Shown: in pieces, positions 19,039-28,216 of the stretch
Numbering within the stretch: position 1 is the first letter of the stretch
How the letters are laid out: every line of letters begins with the position of its first letter
From: Chloroflexota bacterium
GTDB lineage: Bacteria; Chloroflexota; Limnocylindria; Limnocylindrales; CSP1-4
DNA: 64,000 nucleotides
Assembly (NCBI GenBank): GCA_017853275.1
Contig: JAFMJV010000009.1
Span: forward strand, 6,787-70,786
Direction: 5' to 3'
Notes under the pieces: model-generated
What the model saw: only the letters and a program-made list of their open reading frames with translations
Database searches by the model: none
What the model was told of the DNA's origin: nothing
Position numbers and translations under genes: made by a program

Positions 19039-19544
19039 GGATCGCGCTCGTGCCGGGCACCTTCGACCCGGTCACTCTCGGCCACCTCGACCTCATCGTC
19101 CGTGCCGCCGGCCTCTTCGACCGCGTCGTGGTGGGCGTCCTCGTGAACACGCGGAAGACGAGCGGGACCCCCGCGGAGGAGCGGGTCCGGACGATCCGCG
19201 AGGCGCTCGCCGAGGAAGCCCCCGCGATCGCGGGTCGCGTCGAGGTGATCGCGGATCCGGGGCTCACCGTCACGCTCGCCCGGAAGGTCGGGGCGCAGGC
19301 GCTCGTCCGGGGGGTGCGCGGTGCCGTGGAGCTCGAGGCGGAGCAGGCGCTCGCTGCCGTGAATCGCCGGCTCGATCCCGGGATCGAGACCGTCCTCCTC
19401 ATGGCCGCGCCGGAGCACGCGGGGGTCAGCTCCACGCTCGTCCGCGAGGTCGCAGCCCTCGGCGGGGACCTCGCCGGCCTCGTCCCGGCTGCGGCGGCGC
19501 GCCGCCTTCGCGCGTCGGACGGCGAGGGCGGCAGACGCTCCTGA
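19035..19544 (+). CDS. coaD: phosphopantetheine adenylyltransferase
   Basis: GTFDPVTLGH nucleotidyltransferase motif, 169 aa. ATGA overlap with rsmD. Confidence 0.93.
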   Translation: MRIALVPGTFDPVTLGHLDLIVRAAGLFDRVVVGVLVNTRKTSGTPAEERVRTIREALAEEAPAIAGRVEVIADPGLTVTLARKVGAQALVRGVRGAVELEAEQALAAVNRRLDPGIETVLLMAAPEHAGVSSTLVREVAALGGDLAGLVPAAAARRLRASDGEGGRRS

Positions 19545-19685
19545 GGGGCGTTCGGGAGCACGATCCGTCGACGCGGGGCGCCTCCGTCGGCTACCCTACC
19601 CTCTGAGCCCGTCGCGGAGGACACTCCCATCGATATCGTCTTCCTCATCGAGCGCCTTGAGCAGCTCGTCTCCAATGGCCGCCGG

Positions 19686-20159
19686 ATGCCGATGACGAAC
19701 TCCGTCGTCGTGGACCAGGTCGCTGCGCTCGATCTCATCGATCAGCTGCGCGTCGCCGTGCCCGAGGAGGTCCGCCAGGCGAAGCGGATCAACGAGGAGA
19801 CGAGCCGGCTGGTCGAGCGTGCCCAGGAGGAGGCTGACCGGATCGTCGCCCGGGCGCAGGAGCAGGCCGCCTTCCTCATCGAGGAGCGGGAGCTGACGCG
19901 TGCTGCGGAGATCCGCTCCCAGGAGATCATCGCCGCGGGTGAGGCCGAGGCCGAGGAGATCCGGCGCGGCGCCGATTCCTACGCGGCATCCGTCCTCGTG
20001 CGCCTGGAGGGTGATTGCGTGCGGGCGCTGACGAGCATCCGGCGCGGGCTCTCGATGCTCGATGAGCGGTACGTCGGGGAGGGCGGGGACCCTGCCGGCG
20101 ACGCGGACGGCTGGAACGACGACGAGGCGGCGGACCCCCGGGCGCATGCCGCGGGTTAA
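19686..20159 (+). CDS. conserved Glu/Ala/Arg-rich coiled-coil protein of unknown function (probably starts upstream at AUC 19629)
   Basis: 157 aa from the first canonical start. Helical heptad-like composition. The in-frame upstream segment IDIVFLIERLEQLVSNGRR is preceded by GGAGG. See finding. Confidence 0.65.
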   Translation: MPMTNSVVVDQVAALDLIDQLRVAVPEEVRQAKRINEETSRLVERAQEEADRIVARAQEQAAFLIEERELTRAAEIRSQEIIAAGEAEAEEIRRGADSYAASVLVRLEGDCVRALTSIRRGLSMLDERYVGEGGDPAGDADGWNDDEAADPRAHAAG

Positions 20160-20679
20160 CGTCGCGGCGCTCCTCCGCTCCGCCCCCGGGACATCCCGGA
20201 CCGTCCCGATCTCCCTTGCCGACCTCCCGATCGCGGACGACCTTGCCCTTGCCGGGCCGGTGGAAGGGTCCGTCCGCCTCTCGCGGACCGGCCGGAGCAT
20301 CCTCCTCCGCGGGGAGGTCGAGACCTCGCTCCTCATCCCCTGCAGCCGGTGCCTCGTCCCCTCGCCGATGCCCGTCACGGCCGCGATCGACGAGGAGGCG
20401 CTCCCCTCGATCGACATCGACAGCGGTCTTCCGGTCGACGCGAGCGAGGAGCCCGAGGCGTTCCGGATCGACGATCACCACGAGATCGACCTGGACGAGG
20501 TGGTCCGCGAAGCGGTCTCCCTCGCCGAGCCGCTCGTCCCGCTCTGTCGCCCCGGCTGCCGCGGCCTGTGCGCGGAATGCGGGGTGAACCTGAACGACGA
20601 TCCGGAGCACCGGCACGCGGGCGACGGGATCGATCCACGCCTCGCCGCGCTCGCGGACTTGCGCGACCGGCTCGACTAG
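20146..20679 (+). CDS. yceD: YceD/DUF177 family ribosome-maturation-associated protein
   Basis: CSRC ... CRPGCRGLCAECG cysteine pattern, acidic protein, conserved position immediately upstream of rpmF. ATG 20146 inside ORF 20062..20679. Confidence 0.85.
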   Translation: MPRVNVAALLRSAPGTSRTVPISLADLPIADDLALAGPVEGSVRLSRTGRSILLRGEVETSLLIPCSRCLVPSPMPVTAAIDEEALPSIDIDSGLPVDASEEPEAFRIDDHHEIDLDEVVREAVSLAEPLVPLCRPGCRGLCAECGVNLNDDPEHRHAGDGIDPRLAALADLRDRLD

Positions 20680-20741
20680 GCCACCATATCCGGTCGGTGC
20701 CTCGCGCGCCGCCTTCACCCCGGCAAGGAGATCCACAGACG

Positions 20742-20945
20742 ATGGGAGTCCCGAAGCGACGCGTGTCGCATGCCCGCCAGGGCGACCGCCGCGCTCACCA
20801 CGCGCTCACGACGCCGCAGCTCGAAGAGTGCAAGCACTGCAAGGAGCAGAAGCGCGCCCACCATGCCTGCCCCACCTGCGGGTGGTACGGCGGTCGCGAG
20901 GCGATCCGCGTGAAGGCGGCCCGGAGCCGCGAGGCCGGCGCCTGA
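20742..20945 (+). CDS. rpmF: 50S ribosomal protein L32
   Basis: MGVPKRRVSHARQ N-terminus, CKHC..CPTC zinc ribbon. AAGGAG SD at 20725-20730. Confidence 0.93.
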   Translation: MGVPKRRVSHARQGDRRAHHALTTPQLEECKHCKEQKRAHHACPTCGWYGGREAIRVKAARSREAGA

Positions 20946-20992
20946 CAAGGCGGCGGGCCACGGCCTGATCCGGGCGCGCGAGCGCGACGGCG

Positions 20993-22081
20993 ATGGACCT
21001 GGAGACCCTCGAGCGGCACCTCACGGGCATGCCCGTGCGTCGGCCGCGCGTCGCCGTTGACGCGATGGGGGGCGATCACGCCCCGGAAGAGGTCGTCCGG
21101 GGTGCCGTCGCATGGTCGCGCGAGCACCCGGAGACGGACGTCATCCTCGTCGGTGACGAGGAGCGGATCCGGCCCTTCGTGGACGGTCCGCTCCCGGCCC
21201 ACATCACGATCGTCCATGCGGGCGAGTCGGTGGGTATGGACGAGGCCGCGGCGGCTGCCGTCCGTCGCAAGCGGGACGCCTCGATCAACGTCTGCATGCG
21301 CCTCGTGCGGGAGGGACGCGCGGACGCGGTCGTGACCGCGGGCCACACCGGAGCAGGTGTCGCCTCGGCGATCCTCCACCTCGGGCGGCTTCCCGGGGTG
21401 GACCGTCCGGCCCTCGCGATCCAGATGGTCACGGAGCGCGGCCCGTTCGTCCTCCTCGATATCGGCGCCACGACCGACTCCACCGGCCGCAACCTCGCCC
21501 AGTACGCGACGATGGCCGCCCTCTACGCCCAGAGCGTCCTCGGTATCGCGGATCCCAGCGTCGCCCTCCTCTCGCTCGGCGAGGAGAAGGGGAAGGGGGA
21601 TGCCCGGGTCCAGGAGGCCACCGTCCTGCTGGACGCCGCTCCACTCCGCTTCATCGGGAACGTGGAGGGACGCGATCTGCCGCACCATCCCGCGGACATC
21701 ATCGTCTGCGACGCGATGGTCGGGAACGTCGTGATGAAGTTCTTCGAGGGGATCACGAGCGCGATGTTCGGGATGCTCCGGGCGGAGTTCAAGCGTCCGC
21801 CGTGGGGCCCGCTCGGGTACCTCTTCATGCGCCCCGGGATCGCCCGCATCCGCCGTCGCTTCGACTACGAGCGGCTCGGCGGGTCGCCGCTCCTCGGCGT
21901 GGACGGGACCGTCCTCATCACCCACGGCAGCGCGAAGCGGCGGATGATCGGCTACGCCGTGGAGGTGGGTGCCGCGGCGGCGCGGGCTCGCATCCCGGAC
22001 CGGATCGCGGAGGCCTTCGCGGACGATGCGGGGGCACGCGCCCGAAGGGAGCGCGTCCCCGCGGACGCGCCCACCGCGTGA
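20993..22081 (+). CDS. plsX: phosphate acyltransferase PlsX
   Basis: VAVDAMGGDHAPEE N-terminal motif, PlsX core. ATG 21029 is an alternative start. Confidence 0.92.
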   Translation: MDLETLERHLTGMPVRRPRVAVDAMGGDHAPEEVVRGAVAWSREHPETDVILVGDEERIRPFVDGPLPAHITIVHAGESVGMDEAAAAAVRRKRDASINVCMRLVREGRADAVVTAGHTGAGVASAILHLGRLPGVDRPALAIQMVTERGPFVLLDIGATTDSTGRNLAQYATMAALYAQSVLGIADPSVALLSLGEEKGKGDARVQEATVLLDAAPLRFIGNVEGRDLPHHPADIIVCDAMVGNVVMKFFEGITSAMFGMLRAEFKRPPWGPLGYLFMRPGIARIRRRFDYERLGGSPLLGVDGTVLITHGSAKRRMIGYAVEVGAAAARARIPDRIAEAFADDAGARARRERVPADAPTA

Positions 22082-22593
22082 GCGGCGAGCGCGCCACCCC
22101 GCGGCGTGCGTCGGGCGAGGACCGGAACACCGCCCGGAAGGAAGGACGCCGGCTCGCGCTGGGCGCCGTCTTCGAGGCGGAGTTCGGCCTGCGGACCGCG
22201 CCGCGGATCCTGGAGCGGCGCCTCACGGAGGAAGGTGCGGTCGCCGAGACGAGCGCCCACGCCCGGGAGATCGTGGAGGCCGTCGTGCGTGACCGCGAGG
22301 GCCTGGACGCGGCGATCGGGCGCCATGCGCCGCGCTACCCGGTCGTCCAGCTGGCACGGATCGACCGTGCGCTCCTGCGTTGCGCGCTGGGTGAACTGGT
22401 ACACTGCCCCGCGACGCCGACAAGGGTCGCGATCGCCGAGTGGGTGGAGATGGCTCGCCTGTACAGCGGTGAGCCGGCGCGGCGTCTGATGAACGGCATC
22501 CTCGGTCGTGTCGCCGACGAGTCTCGCGCAGGCGGGGCAGAGCAGCACGGGATCGGGGAAGCGGCCGGCGAGAAGCCCGGCGCCCACGCATGA
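22078..22593 (+). CDS. nusB: transcription antitermination factor NusB
   Basis: All-helical NusB core: [13 protein letters not shown] ... [13 protein letters not shown] ... [21 protein letters not shown] 22078 in a GTGA overlap with the plsX stop. Confidence 0.82.
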   Translation: MSGERATPRRASGEDRNTARKEGRRLALGAVFEAEFGLRTAPRILERRLTEEGAVAETSAHAREIVEAVVRDREGLDAAIGRHAPRYPVVQLARIDRALLRCALGELVHCPATPTRVAIAEWVEMARLYSGEPARRLMNGILGRVADESRAGGAEQHGIGEAAGEKPGAHA

Positions 22594-22621
22594 AGACGAC
22601 CACGCAGGAGGGAAGAGACCC

Positions 22622-22864
22622 GTGACGGCATCGACCTACGAGCGCCTCAAGAAGATCATCGTCGAGCAGCTCGGTGTCGAGGAGAGCGAGATCAAGCCGG
22701 AGGCGTCGTTCGTGGACGACCTGAACGCGGATTCCCTCGACCTGGTCGAGCTGATCATGAGCCTCGAAGAGGAGTTCGGGACCGAGATCTCGGACGAGGA
22801 CGCGGAGGGGATCCGCACCGTCCAGGATGCGGTCGACTACATCGACGAGCACGTCGGCCAGTAG
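22622..22864 (+). CDS. acpP: acyl carrier protein
   Basis: 80 aa. [14 protein letters not shown] phosphopantetheinyl-Ser motif. GTG 22622 preceded by GGAGGGAAG. Confidence 0.93.
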   Translation: MTASTYERLKKIIVEQLGVEESEIKPEASFVDDLNADSLDLVELIMSLEEEFGTEISDEDAEGIRTVQDAVDYIDEHVGQ

Positions 22865-23612
22865 CGGCGACGCCGCCGGCCGCGAGGCCGGTGCCCTCGC
22901 CCGGCTCGCCGCGGAGCTCGGCCTCCACTTCTCGGACGAGCGCCTCCTCGAGCAGGCGCTGACCCACGGGAGCTTCGTCCACGAGCACCCGGATCCCGCG
23001 CCGCCCTCGAACGAGCGGCTCGAGTTCCTCGGGGATGCGGTGCTCTCGCTCCTCGTCGCCGAGGCGCTCTGGGAGGCCCATCCGGACGAGCCGGAAGGCG
23101 TCCTCACCGCGCGCCGTGCGGCGATCGTCTCGGACCGTGCCCTCGCCCGGGTGGCGGAGGGGATCGGGATCGGGGCAGCCCTGCGGCTCGGACAGGGCGC
23201 GGAGCGTGCCGGCGAGCGAAGCCGGGGGTCCGTCATCGCCTCCGCCCTGGAGGCGCTCATCGCTGCCGTCTACCTCGACCAGGGGCTGATCGCCGCCCGT
23301 GGGCTCGTCCGGCGCCTGGCCGCGGCCGAGCTCTCCGGCGACCTCCCGTCGGCTGCCCTCCAGCCCGCCAAGGTGCGTCTCCAGGTCGCGCTCGCCGCGG
23401 CCGGGCTCCCGGCGGCCGTCTACCACGTCGTGGAGGTGGGCGGTCCCGATCACGCCCGGACCTACCAGGTGGAGGCGCGGGTGGACGGCCGGGTGATGGG
23501 GCGCGGGATGGCCGGCAGCCGGCGCGCCGCGGAGGGTGCGGCCGCCGAGGAGGCGCTCCTCGCGCTCTCCGCCGGCGGCGCGGGCGAGCCCGCTCCGGAG
23601 CCGGAAGGGTGA
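22827..23612 (+). CDS. rnc: ribonuclease III
   Basis: [11 protein letters not shown] signature, C-terminal dsRBD. The only canonical start is ATG 22827 (38-nt overlap with acpP). Confidence 0.9.
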   Translation: MRSTTSTSTSASSGDAAGREAGALARLAAELGLHFSDERLLEQALTHGSFVHEHPDPAPPSNERLEFLGDAVLSLLVAEALWEAHPDEPEGVLTARRAAIVSDRALARVAEGIGIGAALRLGQGAERAGERSRGSVIASALEALIAAVYLDQGLIAARGLVRRLAAAELSGDLPSAALQPAKVRLQVALAAAGLPAAVYHVVEVGGPDHARTYQVEARVDGRVMGRGMAGSRRAAEGAAAEEALLALSAGGAGEPAPEPEG

Positions 23613-26600
23613 GCCGCGCACGCCTGAAGGCGTTGCGGATGACCGGCTTCAAGTCGTTCGCGGAGAAGACCCTCGTCGAGTTCGGGCCGGGGATCAGCGC
23701 GATCATCGGGCCGAACGGCTCCGGGAAGAGCAACCTCGCGGACGCGCTCCGGTGGTCGCTCGGGGAGCAGGGGCGGACGCTCCGCACGCGCCGCGCCGAG
23801 GACCTGATCTTCGCGGGCTCCTCCACGCGCAAGGCGCAGGGGATGGCGGACGTCACGCTCGTCATCGACAACGCGGACCGCCTCCTGCCCGTCGATTTCG
23901 CGGAGCTCGAGCTCGGCCGGCGCCTCTTCCGGTCCGGCGAGAACGAGTACCTCCTCAACCGCCAGCGGATCCGGCTGCGCGACCTCGTCGACCTGCTCGA
24001 CGAGGCGAACCTCGCGGACAACGCGTTCCTCTTCATCGGCCAGGGGATGGTCGACCAGGCGCTCGCCCTGCGCCCCGAGGAGCGCCGCCCGCTCTTCGAG
24101 GAGGCGGCGGGGATCCGCAAGCACGAGCGCCGCCGGCGTGCGGCCGAGGCCGAGCTCGCGGAGGCCGAGGGAAACCTCGAGCGCGTCCGCGATCTCCTCG
24201 GGGAGCTCCGCCCCCAGGCGAAGCGCCTCGCTGCCCAGGCGGAGCAGCAGGCCCGTCGCCGGGACGCGGCACGCGAGCTCGCGGATGCGCTCGTCGCCGT
24301 GGCCCGGGAGCGGCTCGGCGGTGCCGAACGGGAGATCGGTGCCCTCGATGGGCGGCTCACCGAGGCACGCGCGGCCACGGATGCCGCGCTCGCTTCGCTC
24401 CGCGCCGCGGAGGAGGAAGCCGAGGCGATCGCCCGCGCCCTCGCGGAGCGGGCGGAGGCGGAGCGCGCCGCGCGCGCCACCCTGGACGCCGCCCGCGGAC
24501 GGCTCGTGGACGAGCGGCTGGCAGGCTCCCGGCTGGCAGGGGACGGAGAGGCCCTGGAGCGCGAGCGCGAGCGGCTCCTCGGGGAGCAGCGGGCGGTCGC
24601 GGCACGCCTCGAGGCGGCGGGACGCGATCTCGCGCTGCCGCTCTCCGCTGCGGACGAAGCGGCCGAGGAGGCGCTGCGGGAGGTGGAGGCCGCGATCGCG
24701 GAGGTCCGCCGCTCGATCGCGGAGCTGCGCGAGGCCGGCCGGGATGACGCGGAGCGGCTCCGGATGGCGCGCGTGGAGCGCGAGGGGCGGCGTGCGGCAG
24801 CCGTCCAGGCAGCGCGGCGCGCATCGGAGGCCGCCGGCCGCGCGACGGACGCCACCGCGACCGCGGGGACGGCCGCCCAGCGTGCCGAGGCGGCAGCCGC
24901 ACGGCGGACGGAGACCGAGCGGGCGGCGTCGGAGGCCGTCGGGGAGGAGGAGCGCGCGGAGCGAGCGGCCGAGGCGGCGCGCGAGGCGCTCACGACCGCG
25001 GAGGCCGCCCTGCGTGACGCGCGGACGCGGGAGGCCGAGGCCCGTGCGGCACTTGCTGCTCTCGATGCCCGTCGTGGTGCGCTGGACGCGCTGATCGGTG
25101 CCGGCCGCAGCGATGGTGCGGTGACGCGGATCCGCTCCGCGGGTGGGCGGGCGTTGATGACCGGCCTGGAGGTGGATCCGCCGCTCCGCCGGGCCGTGGA
25201 GGCGATCCTCGGGGACCTCCTGCGCTCCCATGTCGTGGCCAGCGCGGCGGTCCCCGCGCTCGCGGATCTCGGCGGCTCGCTCGTCCTTGCCGAGGCGCCC
25301 GGGAGCCGCGCGGCGCGCGATGGGAGCGGCGCCGGGCGATCCGCATCACGGATCGCGGCGCTCGCGGCGGAATCGGGCGGTGGCCTCCTCGCGAGCGCCC
25401 TCCGGCGCGATCCGGACGGGCTGGGAGCGCGCCTCCTCGCGACCGCCGCATGGGTCCCGGAGCTGTCGGACGCCCTCGCCCTCCATGCGGCCGGCGAGAT
25501 CCCCACCGGATGGCGGGTCGCGACGCGGGATGGCGGGCTCGTCACGGACGACGGCGTCGTCCGCCTCCCCGCGGAGAGCTCGCTTCTCGAGCGGCGGGCG
25601 GAACGTGCGGAGCTGGACGGGCGCCGCGAGGCGGCGGAGGCGGCGGTCGTGGCCGGCACCGCCGCGGTGGCGGACGGCGGTCGTGCGGTCGAGGCCGCGC
25701 GCCGTGCGGCGGAGGCGGCCCGGACCACCCTGGAGGGTGCCCGCCGCGCGCGCCGGGTGGCGGACGAGGCGGATCGGTCGGCGGCCCGGCAGGCGGAGAC
25801 GACCGCCCGCGAGAGCGCCTGGGCGGCGCGGGAGCTGGAGCGGCTGGCGGCCCTCGCGGAGAGCACGCTCGCCGAGCGCGATGCGCTCGACGCGGAGGTG
25901 CAGCGGCTCGATGCGGCGGACCAGCCGGACGGGACGGAGAGCGGATCCCGCGTGGCGGCCGAGATCGCCGCGCGCGAGGCGGGGCTGCGCGCGCAGGAGG
26001 AGGAGCGGGATCGCCGCCGGGAGGCGGTCCGGCGTTCGCGCGAGCGGGTCGAGGCGGACCGTGAGCGCCGCCGCCGGGCGGAGCTCGTCACCGCCCTGGA
26101 CGGCGCGCGGAGCGCGGAGATCGACCGGGAGCTCGGACGCCTCGTCGGGGCGGAGGCCGACCTCGCGGTCCGGCGGGAGAGCCACGCGAGCGCCATCGCC
26201 GCCGGGCGGGCGGAGGAGGAGCGGGCAGCTGCCGCGCTCGCGGCGATCGAGGCGACCGGCGTGGATGACCGGACGCGGCTGCTCGGCGTCGAGCGGCGCG
26301 CCGGCGAGGCGCGCGAGGAGCTGCGCGTCGCGGAGGGCCGGGCCCGGAGCGCCGAGGTCCGCCTGCTCGAGCTGCGCGTCCAGCTCGATGCTGCGCGGGA
26401 GGGGCTCCTCGTGGAGCTCGCGGCGATCGGGCCGGATGGGGTGGCGGCCCTTCGCGCGGTGGCCCCGGCCGCCCCGGAGGCCGATGCCGCTGCGGCGCCG
26501 GCCTCGGACGAGGACCGGGTGGCTGCGCTCGAGGAGGCCCTCGCTGCGGCGCTCGCGGCGTGGCGGGACGGGGAAGGCGCCTACGCCGAGCCCGCCCCGA

Positions 26601-27286
26601 GCCCCGGCCGGCTGGCAGCGCTCCGGCGGCGGTACCACGAGCTCGGCGCCGGGAACCCCTATGCAGCCGAGGAGCTCGCCGAGCTCGGGACGCGGCTCGA
26701 TGCCCTGGACGCGCAGCGGGAGGACCTCGAGGAGGCGATGCGCGGGACACGCGAGCTGATCGCGCGCCTCGAGACCCTCATCTCGGAGCAGTTCCGGACG
26801 ACCTTCAGCGCGCTGGAAGGCGCCTTCGCCCGGCGCTTCGAGCAGCTCTTCGATGGCGGCGAGGCGCGCCTCTCCCTCACCCAGCCGGAAGACCTCGGCG
26901 CCACCGGCGTGGAGATCGTGGCGCGTCCGCCCGGCAAGCGCCGCCAGCCGCTCGCGATGCTCTCCGGCGGAGAGCGGGCGCTCACCGCGGTCGCGCTCCT
27001 CCTCGCGATGCTCGAGGTCCGCCCCGTTCCCTTCTGCGTCCTGGACGAGGTGGACGCCGCGCTGGACGAGGCGAACGTCGGTCGCTTCTCCTCGGCGCTC
27101 CGGACCCTGAGCGAGGAGATCCAGTTCGTCGTCATCACCCACAACCGGGGCACGATCGAAGCGGCGGACGCCCTCTACGGCGTCACGGTCGGCGACGATG
27201 CGGTGAGCCGGGTCATCTCGCTCCGCCTCGGTGACCGGGCGGCGAGCGCGGCAGAGGTCGCCCAGGCGCTCGAGGAGGCCACGTGA
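23609..27286 (+). CDS. smc: chromosome segregation protein SMC
   Basis: 1225 aa. GPNGSGKSN Walker A, two long Ala/Glu/Arg coiled coils, hinge, LSGGE signature and Walker B (FCVLDEVDAALD). Confidence 0.95.
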   Translation: MSRARLKALRMTGFKSFAEKTLVEFGPGISAIIGPNGSGKSNLADALRWSLGEQGRTLRTRRAEDLIFAGSSTRKAQGMADVTLVIDNADRLLPVDFAELELGRRLFRSGENEYLLNRQRIRLRDLVDLLDEANLADNAFLFIGQGMVDQALALRPEERRPLFEEAAGIRKHERRRRAAEAELAEAEGNLERVRDLLGELRPQAKRLAAQAEQQARRRDAARELADALVAVARERLGGAEREIGALDGRLTEARAATDAALASLRAAEEEAEAIARALAERAEAERAARATLDAARGRLVDERLAGSRLAGDGEALERERERLLGEQRAVAARLEAAGRDLALPLSAADEAAEEALREVEAAIAEVRRSIAELREAGRDDAERLRMARVEREGRRAAAVQAARRASEAAGRATDATATAGTAAQRAEAAAARRTETERAASEAVGEEERAERAAEAAREALTTAEAALRDARTREAEARAALAALDARRGALDALIGAGRSDGAVTRIRSAGGRALMTGLEVDPPLRRAVEAILGDLLRSHVVASAAVPALADLGGSLVLAEAPGSRAARDGSGAGRSASRIAALAAESGGGLLASALRRDPDGLGARLLATAAWVPELSDALALHAAGEIPTGWRVATRDGGLVTDDGVVRLPAESSLLERRAERAELDGRREAAEAAVVAGTAAVADGGRAVEAARRAAEAARTTLEGARRARRVADEADRSAARQAETTARESAWAARELERLAALAESTLAERDALDAEVQRLDAADQPDGTESGSRVAAEIAAREAGLRAQEEERDRRREAVRRSRERVEADRERRRRAELVTALDGARSAEIDRELGRLVGAEADLAVRRESHASAIAAGRAEEERAAAALAAIEATGVDDRTRLLGVERRAGEAREELRVAEGRARSAEVRLLELRVQLDAAREGLLVELAAIGPDGVAALRAVAPAAPEADAAAAPASDEDRVAALEEALAAALAAWRDGEGAYAEPAPSPGRLAALRRRYHELGAGNPYAAEELAELGTRLDALDAQREDLEEAMRGTRELIARLETLISEQFRTTFSALEGAFARRFEQLFDGGEARLSLTQPEDLGATGVEIVARPPGKRRQPLAMLSGGERALTAVALLLAMLEVRPVPFCVLDEVDAALDEANVGRFSSALRTLSEEIQFVVITHNRGTIEAADALYGVTVGDDAVSRVISLRLGDRAASAAEVAQALEEAT

Positions 27287-28182
27287 GCGAGGAGACGACC
27301 GCAGGGCTGGCGGCGGGGACGGAGCGCAGCCGGCGCGGCTTCATCGGGCGGATCCGCGATCTGCTCCGGGGCGGTGGCGACGACGCGACGTGGGAGGAGG
27401 TCGAGGAGGCGCTCATCGGTGCGGACCTGGGGGCGGACCTGACCCTCGAGGTCGTCGAGCGTGCGCGCGCGCGCCGCGATCTGGCACCGGAGATGGCGCT
27501 CCAGGGCGAGCTCGTCGGCCTCTTCGCGCCACGCGACCCGGTCCCCTGGCCGCGCAAGCCGTCCGCCACGACCCCCGCGGTCATCCTCGTCGTGGGCGTC
27601 AACGGGACGGGGAAGACGACGACGATCGGGAAGCTCGCGTGGCGCTTCCGCTCGCGGGGCGCCCGGGTCCTCCTCGCGGCGGGGGACACCTTCCGGGCGG
27701 CGGCGATCGAGCAGCTCGGCATCTGGGCGGAGCGGGCGGGGGTCCCGATCATCGCCCACGCGGCCGGCGCGGATCCCTCGGCCGTCGTCTGGGACGCCCT
27801 CGATGCCGCGGCGGCGCGGGGCGCGGACGTCGTCATCGTGGACACCGCCGGGCGGCTCCACACGAAGAGCAACCTGATGGACGAGCTGGCGAAGATCCGG
27901 CGCACGATCGCCAAGCGCCTGCCGGATGCGACGCCCGAGGTCCTCTTCGTCCTGGACGCAACGACCGGCCAGAACGGCCTTGCCCAGGCGAAGGCCTTCC
28001 ACGAGGCCGCGGGCCTCACCGCGATCGCCCTCACCAAGCTCGACTCCACCGCGAAGGGCGGGATCGCCTTCGCCATCGAGCGCTCCCTCGGCGTCCCCGT
28101 CCTCTTCGTCGGGGTGGGGGAGGGGATGGACGCGCTCCTCGACTTCGACCCCAACGCCTTCGCGCGGGCCCTCTTCGCCTGA
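27283..28182 (+). CDS. ftsY: signal recognition particle receptor FtsY (NG domain only)
   Basis: GVNGTGKTTT, DTAGR, TKLD GTPase motifs. GTGA overlap with smc. Confidence 0.93.
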   Translation: MSEETTAGLAAGTERSRRGFIGRIRDLLRGGGDDATWEEVEEALIGADLGADLTLEVVERARARRDLAPEMALQGELVGLFAPRDPVPWPRKPSATTPAVILVVGVNGTGKTTTIGKLAWRFRSRGARVLLAAGDTFRAAAIEQLGIWAERAGVPIIAHAAGADPSAVVWDALDAAAARGADVVIVDTAGRLHTKSNLMDELAKIRRTIAKRLPDATPEVLFVLDATTGQNGLAQAKAFHEAAGLTAIALTKLDSTAKGGIAFAIERSLGVPVLFVGVGEGMDALLDFDPNAFARALFA

Positions 28183-28202
28183 GGCCCGCGGGCCCACGGC
28201 GC

Positions 28203-28208
28203 TAGACT
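28203..28208 (+). promoter_or_regulatory. candidate -10 box TAGACT for a leaderless ffh mRNA
   Basis: 8 nt upstream of ATG 28217. Confidence 0.4.
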
Positions 28209-28216
28209 CCACCGCG

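Noticed and set aside
24100-26400. Periodic, repeat-looking Ala/Glu/Arg-coding DNA, considered as a tandem repeat or CRISPR-like array
   Set aside because: It is the coiled-coil arms of SMC. There are no exact direct repeats with unique spacers, and it lies in one continuous frame.
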